IMG/VR virus record: IMGVR_UViG_3300042691_053485
Location: 32,001-96,000 of that record
Strand: one strand, 5' to 3'
Source: a virus
Length of the DNA: 64,000 nucleotides
A model generated the notes under the pieces. That model was given only the letters and a program-made list of their open reading frames with translations, had not been told where the DNA came from and did no database searches. Shown here in pieces: positions 39,671-47,372 of this stretch; position 1 is the stretch's first letter, and every line of letters begins with the position of its first letter. The translations under genes and the position numbers were made by a program.

Positions 39671-40219
39671 TCAGCCTTTTATTTTGTCTATTTCCTCATT
39701 TGAAACTTCTTCACTCAAATGAAGCTTCAAATTTTTCATTTGGGCTTCTGTTATCACAAGAACCTTTCGTTTTTCAAATGATTCATAGTTCACATTGTTT
39801 GTTGAGAGGTCATTTGAGGACATTGACTTATACAGTTTTGGTGTCCTCACTTTTGGAGTCTCTGAACCGTCTTTTGTATGGCTTCTTATGTAGGCATTGG
39901 ATTCGCCGGATTCCTTTTTTGCCTTTTTTGAGCTTTCGACTCGATTTCTTGCCGAACCCAATGTGGAATTTATCCAGCTTTCTAAGGAGCTTCCGCCATT
40001 CAAGAGATATAACGTCTTATTTCCTTTGTTTTTTTCCAAAATATGTTTGATGTTTTTCATATTTTGGTAGGATAACTTACCTACCGAAATGAGATTCTTC
40101 AAACGGACATATCCTTCCGAATGCTTGTCTCCTTTGTAGTTGTTAAGAATCTCTTGAAGATTTTTCAACAGTTCTTCGGGAAGGGAAAATGTTTTTCCTT
40201 GGAGGTTACTATTTGCCAT
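39671..40219 (-). CDS. Conserved-looking hypothetical large-phage protein
   Basis: RLKNL...LSYQNMKNIK...LNGG..L..WI; C-terminal VLVITEAQMK resembles the ITE leaders. Confidence 0.6.
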   Translation of the reverse strand: MANSNLQGKTFSLPEELLKNLQEILNNYKGDKHSEGYVRLKNLISVGKLSYQNMKNIKHILEKNKGNKTLYLLNGGSSLESWINSTLGSARNRVESSKKAKKESGESNAYIRSHTKDGSETPKVRTPKLYKSMSSNDLSTNNVNYESFEKRKVLVITEAQMKNLKLHLSEEVSNEEIDKIKG

Positions 40220-40976
40220 GTATTTCTCTTATTACTCTTTGTTCATTGTATAATAAACGACATCCACTTGGGATTAGTGTTTCAAGCGTTTTAGCTTCTT
40301 CAGTTGTTGCTTCGCCAATTTCAATGGTTCTCAGTGTAGGGGGTAGTTTTGGAAGGGATTTTTGTAAATCTTCTATTGGTATTTTAGAATCTCTTAAATC
40401 TATCCTATTCAGATTCATACCTTCAAGTGCTACCGGGAATTTCGTAAGCCTGACTCCTGTTATACTTAAAGTTTTAAGATTATGAAGTTGTTTAATTTTA
40501 GGTGAGATGGTTGTAATATCACTACAAGCCTTAATATACAGGTGCTTTAAAGATTCAATGGCAAAAATTTCATCAGGTATTTCCTTTAGATATAAGTTGA
40601 AAAGAGTTATATCTGAGATTTTTTTCAAGTGAAGTAGTTGGGCATAATCAATTTTTGGGGAGGTATAACTTATTTCTATTCTTGGGGAATTTAAAAGTCT
40701 CATAATAAAATCTACATAATCACCATTTCTATATGGCATCATAGGCGGTCGAACAACGTATGTTAATAGTTCTACAGGCTTAACTAGTTCTCTATAGTTA
40801 ATTCCCATCCCATCTGCAATCTCTATTGCAAGCCTTATGTTATCCTCTTGACCTGACAAAATCAATCGTTTGATATTTTCTTCAGGATTGAAGTCATCTT
40901 CATTTTCATTTATTAAAACTTCTTTGGCAGATTTTAACTGCTTTTCGGTTATTATGACCTTTATATTTTTGACCAT
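40209..40976 (-). CDS. LRR protein 7 (ITE leader; same type as LRR3)
   Basis: MVKNIKVIITEKQ; LILSGQEDNIRLA; IPDEIFAIESL. Confidence 0.85.
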   Translation of the reverse strand: MVKNIKVIITEKQLKSAKEVLINENEDDFNPEENIKRLILSGQEDNIRLAIEIADGMGINYRELVKPVELLTYVVRPPMMPYRNGDYVDFIMRLLNSPRIEISYTSPKIDYAQLLHLKKISDITLFNLYLKEIPDEIFAIESLKHLYIKACSDITTISPKIKQLHNLKTLSITGVRLTKFPVALEGMNLNRIDLRDSKIPIEDLQKSLPKLPPTLRTIEIGEATTEEAKTLETLIPSGCRLLYNEQRVIREIHGK

Positions 40977-41718
40977 TGTTTAAAATTATTTAAATCGCTT
41001 CTGATTTGTTTTTCTTCACAAAATTCAAATAGACGGTTTATCGTTTCTTGAGTTAAGGGGTTTCCCTTTATGAAAAGCCACTCAAGTGTTGATAGTTTGA
41101 AGAGTGATTCCGGCACGGATGTTAGCTTATTATTTTCAAAATCTAATGGGTTAAATTTTCCATTAAGTGAATATTTTCTGGAATTGACGTTAACTTATTT
41201 CTACCTAATCCCAATTGCTGTAAAGATTTTAATTTAACAATTGAAGTAGGTAGAGATACAATATCATTAGATTCTAATAATAGTGACTTTAAATCGTTTA
41301 AGTCGCCAATTGATTCCGGCAGTTTAGAAATTGCATTAGCACGCAAATCAATACTATTCAAGTGTGGTAAATATCCAATACTATTTGGGATTTTAGATAT
41401 TCCCTTGTCCGCAAGGTCTATTGTTTTAAATCCTTTTAGCTTATAAAGAATATCAGTGGTAGTTTTTGCAGTTATGTCATACATGAAAAAATGTTTTATC
41501 CAGAATTTTAATTCCCAGACTTCAGAAAATAGTGTGTCAAAATCAAAACCAAGTCCTTGGGCGACAGATTTTGCAAGTTCAATATTGTCCGGTGTTCCGG
41601 ATTTTAGAAGGCTAGTGAGCTTTGATTTTATATCAAACTCTTCCTCCTCTTGTATGTTCCAAAAGAAGCCCTCATCCAAACGCTTCTTCATTATTTTATT
41701 TATTTTGCTTATGTCCAT
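40961..41718 (-). pseudogene. LRR protein 8 (leader B), broken by a 1-nt frameshift near 41145
   Basis: ORF stops at ...NLTH*; adding one T restores HLDFENNKLTSVPESLFKLSTLEWLFIKGNPL...WSKI* ending at 40961. Confidence 0.8.
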
Positions 41719-41733
41719 TTTTTTAATTGATTT

Positions 41734-42519
41734 TTAAAATTCCACTTCACAATTTGGAAGCATAACCTTCAACCTCTTTATTACATTTGTGGGTATCGTA
41801 TTGCCGGACAAATACAACCCTTTCAAATTCTGCAAGTTGACGATAGATTCCGGAAGGCTGCTCAGGTTGTTGTTATACAAGCGCAACCATTCCAAATTCT
41901 GCAAGTTGCCGATGGACTCAGGAAGGCTGCTCAGGTTGTTGTCTTCCAAATACAACTCTTGCAAATTCTGCAAGTTGCCGATGGATTCCGGAAGGCTGCT
42001 CAGGTTGTTGTTAGTCAAGCGCAACGCTTGCAAATTCTGCAAGTTGCCGATGGATTCAGGAAGGCTGCTCAGCTTGTTGTTACCCAAATTCAACCCTTGC
42101 AAATTCTGCAAGTTGCCGATGGGTTCTGGAAGACTGCTCAGGCTGTTGTTATACAAGCGCAACACTTGCAAATTCTGCAAGTTGCCGATGGATTCAGAAA
42201 GTTCCGACAATCCTTTGCTGTAAAGGTTTATGCTAGTTTTTGACAGCAAAAAACGGAGTGCTTCCACCTTGCTTGTCCGGGGAATACCATCAAGATTATC
42301 CATCCAAAACTGCAAGTCAAAAAGCTCATTTAGCAAAGCATCAATGTCAAACTCCTGACCCTGTGCTACCATGATGGCAAGTTCAATATTATCAGGTATT
42401 CCGGATTTTAGAAGGCTGGTGAGCTTTGATTTTATATCAAACTCCTCCTCTTGTATATTCCCAAAGAAGCCTTCATTTAAACGCTTCTTCATTATTTTAT
42501 TTATTTTGCTTATGTCCAT
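41734..42519 (-). CDS. LRR protein 9 (leader B; body nearly identical to LRR2)
   Basis: Six canonical repeats; ends LSGNTIPTNVIKRLKVMLPNCEVEF. Confidence 0.93.
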   Translation of the reverse strand: MDISKINKIMKKRLNEGFFGNIQEEEFDIKSKLTSLLKSGIPDNIELAIMVAQGQEFDIDALLNELFDLQFWMDNLDGIPRTSKVEALRFLLSKTSINLYSKGLSELSESIGNLQNLQVLRLYNNSLSSLPEPIGNLQNLQGLNLGNNKLSSLPESIGNLQNLQALRLTNNNLSSLPESIGNLQNLQELYLEDNNLSSLPESIGNLQNLEWLRLYNNNLSSLPESIVNLQNLKGLYLSGNTIPTNVIKRLKVMLPNCEVEF

Positions 42520-42534
42520 TTTTTTTATGTATTT

Positions 42535-43323
42535 TTAAAATTCCACTTCACAATTTGGAAGTATAGCCTTCAACCTCTTTATTACATTTGTTGGTATCGT
42601 ATTGCCGGACAAATTCAACTCTTCCAAATTCTGCAAGTTGCCGATGGATTCCGGAAGGTTGCTCAGCTTGTTGTTACCCAAATTCAACAATTCCAAATTC
42701 TGCAAGTTGACGATGGATTCAGGAAGGCTGCTCAATAGGTTATTAAACAAATACAACCCTTGCAAATTCTGCAAGTTGCCAATGGATTCAGGCAGGCTGC
42801 TCAGCTTGTTGCCACTCAAATCCAACTCTTTCAAATTCTGCAAGTTACCGATAGATTCCGGAAGATGGCTTAGGCTATTGTGATTCAAATTCACAGATTT
42901 CAAATTCTGCAAGTTTCCAATCGATTCAGGCAGGCTGCTCAGGTTGTTGTTATCCAAATACAACACTTTCAGCTTCTGCAAGTTGCCGATAGATTCAGGC
43001 AGTGCTGACAATCCTTTGCGGGAAAGGTCTATGATAGCTCTTGACAACAAAAAACGGAGAGCTTCAGATTTGCTTGTTTGGGGAATGTTATCAAGATTTT
43101 TCATCCAAAACTTCAAGTTATAAATCTCTTCTGCCAAGGCATCAATATCAAAATCTTGCCCTTGAGCTATCATGAACGCAAGCTCAATGTTATCAGGTGT
43201 TCCGGATTTTAGAAGGCTGGTGAGTTTTGACTTTATATCAAACTCATCTTCCTCTTGTATGTTCCCAAAGAAGCCTTCATTCAAACGCTTCTTCATTATT
43301 TCGTTAAGTTTATTTAAATTCAT
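42535..43323 (-). CDS. LRR protein 10 (leader B; body like LRR4, C-cap like LRR9)
   Basis: IPQTSKSEAL shared with LRR4; LSGNTIPTNVIKRLK..LPNCEVEF shared with LRR9. Confidence 0.93.
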   Translation of the reverse strand: MNLNKLNEIMKKRLNEGFFGNIQEEDEFDIKSKLTSLLKSGTPDNIELAFMIAQGQDFDIDALAEEIYNLKFWMKNLDNIPQTSKSEALRFLLSRAIIDLSRKGLSALPESIGNLQKLKVLYLDNNNLSSLPESIGNLQNLKSVNLNHNSLSHLPESIGNLQNLKELDLSGNKLSSLPESIGNLQNLQGLYLFNNLLSSLPESIVNLQNLELLNLGNNKLSNLPESIGNLQNLEELNLSGNTIPTNVIKRLKAILPNCEVEF

Positions 43324-45116
43324 TTGCAGTTAAAAATTTCTCTGTCTCTATTGTATTTTTGTTGTTCAAGTTGGAAATTGCAACGAATTTCGTGTAGGCA
43401 AAGTGCTCTATTGTGAAGTCTGAAATCTGCAATTCCACCAATAAAAGAACCTGCAAAGGCATCTTCAATGTATCCACATCGACCATTGTGAGGTGGGATA
43501 TTAATACAATTAGTTACACACCAAGAACTTACGCCGTTACCAATCAAAACTGCATCAAGTTTGTCGAGAGACGCAAGAACTTCAATTTTTAGTCCTTGCC
43601 CACATCCCTTTGTGTATGGTGTCAGCTTTATTTGCCCATGTCTTCTAGGTATAACCATCTCTAAAAATGTTTCAATAAGTTCGGGTTCGGAAATCGAAAG
43701 CGGCGGACTCTTAAATTCGATGCCATTTACAATAACACCGTTGAAAACACATGGATTCACAAATGATGTCACATAATTACAGGCTGTGTAACCTGTTAAT
43801 CCATACCCCTCAGTTAAACCGGAAAATGTGTAGCTTTCGAGAAGTCCCTGTGTGCCCCCACCTATTGAGATATTGAATGGCACTCCAAGTTGTTTATCCG
43901 GATGTTCATCAAGTTCGTATGGAATGAATTCGGGGAATCCATCAAGCTTCACTTTTAAGAAACCATCTACAAATATAGATAGTTCCCCAAAAGCAATTCT
44001 ATATCCTATACATTCTGTAGTTTCGTATGGTTTGAATCTATAGGCTACATGATGCCACTTATCATCTTCGATAATACCCGGCTTGCTATAAAATTCTTCA
44101 ACAATAGGAGTTCCCGAAAACATAATCGACTCGCCAACTAACTTGCATTCTCCTGTCGTTGTTAGGATTCTAACACCTATTTCACCTTCATCTGTCACTC
44201 GAAATCCCATTGCATTGTTTATAACACCCTCACAACAATCTGAAAAATCACCTGTGGAATTTGTGCTTCCTGTCGAACAAAAAACATTTCTTCTTGTATA
44301 GTATAGGAATGAGTTTCCGCTTGGTTGGAAGGCTTCTTCTGTGACAGGGGTTGCAAGAGGTATTCCTGTACAAGTAGTGAGTCCTGAAATGGCAGGAAAC
44401 ATACAAAACTTATTTTCAGCCCTTGTTCCCCAAAAATAAAAAATACCCTTATTGTCAGGATATACTTCGTTTAATTGGTACTTATCAGGACATGTTGATT
44501 TTTGTGTAACTTCAGTTTCCCAAATTTCAGTAATAATGATGTCTTCACCTGAAATATTGACAATTTCGGTTGTTTCCCCTGTTACAATTACTGTTTCACC
44601 TGTTGGGCAATTAGACTTCTTCAGCCAAAACTCTTTAGTCCAACCGAACTGATAAAAATTCGGAAGAACATTATATTCATACCCATGAAGCCTATAAAAC
44701 CCTTGGAAAAATCCCCCACAAAATTGGATGTGTTCAGGTTCTACCCCATAAGCAGGTATGTATTCCATTTCATAGCAATAGACATCACCTGAAACGCGCG
44801 GCAAACAAAATGTTGTATCCCCTGAAGGGTTGAAAGTTTCTCCGGTCCAAGCATCAACAAATCTGTTATCGTAGCCATTTAGCCCAATATCACAAATATC
44901 ACCATCAAAAGAAGTTGCGTCACTCCATTTGAAGTTGTCACTACAAATTCTTTCGAGGTTATTGAAGTCAAATTGGGCAATAACATCTCCTGTTATAAGG
45001 ACATTACAATTGAAACAATCTGTTTGTTTGTCCATTGAAAGATAAAAATCCCAATAGTTACACCCTAAAAGCTTCAAATCGAAGTGATTGTTTATGTTCT
45101 TTTGAATATTACTCAC
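43320..45116 (-). CDS. Cys-rich virion protein with a LamG/concanavalin-A-like domain
   Basis: KWHHVAYRF, LSIFVDG, FIGGIADFRLHNRAL; minus-strand TATTTATA at 45134-45141. Confidence 0.68.
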   Translation of the reverse strand: MSNIQKNINNHFDLKLLGCNYWDFYLSMDKQTDCFNCNVLITGDVIAQFDFNNLERICSDNFKWSDATSFDGDICDIGLNGYDNRFVDAWTGETFNPSGDTTFCLPRVSGDVYCYEMEYIPAYGVEPEHIQFCGGFFQGFYRLHGYEYNVLPNFYQFGWTKEFWLKKSNCPTGETVIVTGETTEIVNISGEDIIITEIWETEVTQKSTCPDKYQLNEVYPDNKGIFYFWGTRAENKFCMFPAISGLTTCTGIPLATPVTEEAFQPSGNSFLYYTRRNVFCSTGSTNSTGDFSDCCEGVINNAMGFRVTDEGEIGVRILTTTGECKLVGESIMFSGTPIVEEFYSKPGIIEDDKWHHVAYRFKPYETTECIGYRIAFGELSIFVDGFLKVKLDGFPEFIPYELDEHPDKQLGVPFNISIGGGTQGLLESYTFSGLTEGYGLTGYTACNYVTSFVNPCVFNGVIVNGIEFKSPPLSISEPELIETFLEMVIPRRHGQIKLTPYTKGCGQGLKIEVLASLDKLDAVLIGNGVSSWCVTNCINIPPHNGRCGYIEDAFAGSFIGGIADFRLHNRALCLHEIRCNFQLEQQKYNRDREIFNCK

Positions 45117-45191
45117 ACTTTTAAATATTTAATTATAAATAGCTACAAAAAGCTGTGAAATTCGATGAATTTCAAGATTAGTGTTTTACAG

Positions 45192-45314
45192 TTAGACTGC
45201 CGGCGTGCTACACACCTCTATCGAGTACTGAAATTCCCCGACTTCTTGTGATATGACATATTTACATTGTTGCAGCTGCTTTTTAGTTTTTTTGACCTCT
45301 TGTTTCTCTGTCAT
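45192..45314 (-). CDS. Small 40-aa ORF below the ORF-track cutoff
   Basis: MTEKQEVKKTKKQLQQCKYVISQEVGEFQYSIEVCSTPAV*; minus-strand TATTTATA at 45401-45408. Confidence 0.35.
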   Translation of the reverse strand: MTEKQEVKKTKKQLQQCKYVISQEVGEFQYSIEVCSTPAV

Positions 45315-45474
45315 GATTGCCAAATAATGCCGTACAGGAAACTTAATTAATTCGCCTAAGTTTAAAAACTAGCAATGTAACTGCCTTTTTAGATTACTAT
45401 TATAAATATATTACTTTGCACAACGATTACACCAATTTTCAACTATTTATATAAACATATTCAATACAATAATT

Positions 45475-45993
45475 ATGAGCAAGATTTTAAAAATTTCCGA
45501 AGAAATGGGTAATAAACTAATGAAAGAGATTATCGATGCCGATGGCTCAATCATTAATGGTGATAAGAACGACAGCGACACCGAAATTCGGACAAATTAT
45601 TATAAGAAAAGTGGAAGACCACAAACTTCTGATGATTTCGCAAAAGAGGCAGGGCAAGATAGCAAATGGTACTATTATCATCGTGGGTATTCCTATGGTG
45701 TTGCAGAGAGTGAGATAAAGGAAGAGGAAATTATCAGTGGTAAGAATGATACAGATATTTTGAATAAAGATATAACTGTTATACCAAACCTTAAAGAACT
45801 TACTAAAAGCTATCAAAAGCCCGATTTGGAGGCGATTGTGAAGAAAATGATAAATCTTGTGAATAGTTTTGCTTCAGATGATATTGAAGGGCAAGATATA
45901 CAGGCAATTGTTTTAAAGGAGATAATTAAGAAATTGCCGTTAAATGGGTTGAGACCCGAACAGAAGCGCGAGCTAAAATCGTTATTCAAATAA
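45475..45993 (+). CDS. Hypothetical protein with an ISE leader
   Basis: MSKILKISEE; TATTTATA at 45444-45451. Confidence 0.6.
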   Translation: MSKILKISEEMGNKLMKEIIDADGSIINGDKNDSDTEIRTNYYKKSGRPQTSDDFAKEAGQDSKWYYYHRGYSYGVAESEIKEEEIISGKNDTDILNKDITVIPNLKELTKSYQKPDLEAIVKKMINLVNSFASDDIEGQDIQAIVLKEIIKKLPLNGLRPEQKRELKSLFK

Positions 45994-46355
45994 TGGAATT
46001 TTTTATCAGACAAAAAGCCACAATGCCTAAACTAGAGCTTGAATTGGTAGAGGACGGTTTTGGCAAAAACTCCAACTATGAGGAGAAAATACAAAATGCA
46101 GTCGTCACATTTTCTATGGAAAATGTTGAAAACTGCCAAAGGGTGATTATTTGCCGTCCGATGGATGTAATTGAAGACGATTGCGGTTCACCTTGTGGTA
46201 ATTGTAATCGAAAATTCAAGTTGGTTTATCCTTGGAGGGAACGTGACACAAAAAATGCAGGTAGGTTCATTGGTAAGGTCGAGATAGACTTTTTAGATGG
46301 CTGTGGTAAACTGATTGTACCAATCAAAGAAGATTTATTTATCAATATTATATGA
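45993..46355 (+). CDS. BppU N-terminal-like baseplate/structural domain
   Basis: FFIRQKAT.P.L, VTFSM, Y.W...DT..AGRF.G...IDF..G.GKLIVPI. Confidence 0.6.
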   Translation: MEFFIRQKATMPKLELELVEDGFGKNSNYEEKIQNAVVTFSMENVENCQRVIICRPMDVIEDDCGSPCGNCNRKFKLVYPWRERDTKNAGRFIGKVEIDFLDGCGKLIVPIKEDLFINII

Positions 46356-47344
46356 TTCAAAAGAAGTTTTTAATTTCTGAGGAAATGTCCAAAAGAATTT
46401 TTGAAGGTTCTTTGGATTTTCAGAAACAGCGAATTGCAACAAATGTTTACCATGAGATTCTCGATTTCCTTATAGAGGTCAATCAAACAATTGATATGTC
46501 AAAAGATGGGACATCTCATGAGATAGTATTTCGATTGGATTCATACAATGGGTTTGTGCTTAGTTTAGACTTTGTTTTAAGTAACAGTAGTGCAAACGGC
46601 TCATTTACCCCACCTGATACTATCACACTTTATTTAAAACCATTAGCAGAAACTGAAACATCGACATATCGTTATCGAACTCTTCATAACTTATTTTCAA
46701 ATTCTGATATAAGGTCAACTTTTATCCATGAGTTTACACACCTTATGGATGAAACACGTGCCAATAATAAAATTTTTGACTTGGGGTATCTAAAATTTTA
46801 TAGAAGTTTAGAACAACTAGCTGAAGAATCTGAAACGGCTTATGAAGGATTCTATGTAGAATATTTAGATTTATTAAAACAGGTTGAGAGAATTTATAAA
46901 AAATATAAAAAGGGTGGGAGGATTAAAAGTAATATTTATCTTCCAATGGTGGAAAAACCGAATCGTGAGGATTATGAAGATGAGGAAGAATTTAACTATG
47001 TTAGAGAAAGATATATTGACTCATTTAAAATCTACCTTTTTCATAATGCAGAAGTAAATGCTAGATTTCATTCGGTTGTCAATGAGATTATTTTTAGTTT
47101 AATTTCAGGCTTAAACGATTACAAAAAGAGAGGTGATAGTGAGGAATTAGAATTATGGGCGGAGTTTTTTGTCCATAAAGACTTGAAGTCAGTAATGTCT
47201 GATTTTAAATCTAAAATCAGACGTAAATTTAATAATCTTCTTCCAAGTCCCGAAATCATGAAAAAGCTTTATGGCCGATTCTATGTTATTCTGAGTAAAT
47301 TATCAAAGGCGTATAAAGATTCAGGAGTTGAACTTTTCAAATAA
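46352..47344 (+). CDS. Zincin-like metallopeptidase with an ISE leader
   Basis: TFIHEFTHLMD plus EVNA. Confidence 0.6.
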   Translation: MIQKKFLISEEMSKRIFEGSLDFQKQRIATNVYHEILDFLIEVNQTIDMSKDGTSHEIVFRLDSYNGFVLSLDFVLSNSSANGSFTPPDTITLYLKPLAETETSTYRYRTLHNLFSNSDIRSTFIHEFTHLMDETRANNKIFDLGYLKFYRSLEQLAEESETAYEGFYVEYLDLLKQVERIYKKYKKGGRIKSNIYLPMVEKPNREDYEDEEEFNYVRERYIDSFKIYLFHNAEVNARFHSVVNEIIFSLISGLNDYKKRGDSEELELWAEFFVHKDLKSVMSDFKSKIRRKFNNLLPSPEIMKKLYGRFYVILSKLSKAYKDSGVELFK

Positions 47345-47369
47345 AAAAGGCGGCTTTTAGCCGCCTTTT
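47343..47369. terminator. Bidirectional terminator between convergent genes
   Basis: AAAAAAGGCGGC-TTTTA-GCCGCCTTTT. Confidence 0.9.
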
Positions 47370-47372
47370 GTC

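Noticed and set aside
16452-41145. TAG reassignment (code 15) suggested by protein-like sequence after TAG at 16452 and the early TAG at 41143
   Set aside because: TAG ends the MCP right before a strong terminator, the ART paralog stops with TAA at the same position, readthrough at 41143 meets TAA within 7 codons, and core genes are intact in code 11
12078-42883. Long antisense or alternative-frame ORFs over LRR genes (e.g. 13168..13968, 14933..15550, 35993..36604, 41789..42223; 'CKLPMDSGRLL' repeats)
   Set aside because: Shadows of the 69-bp repeat, whose reverse frames lack stops; they track the repeats exactly and have no independent features
11872-43323. A complete DGR within this window
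   Set aside because: No reverse transcriptase, Avd or non-coding template repeat found here; kept only as a hypothesis in the findings
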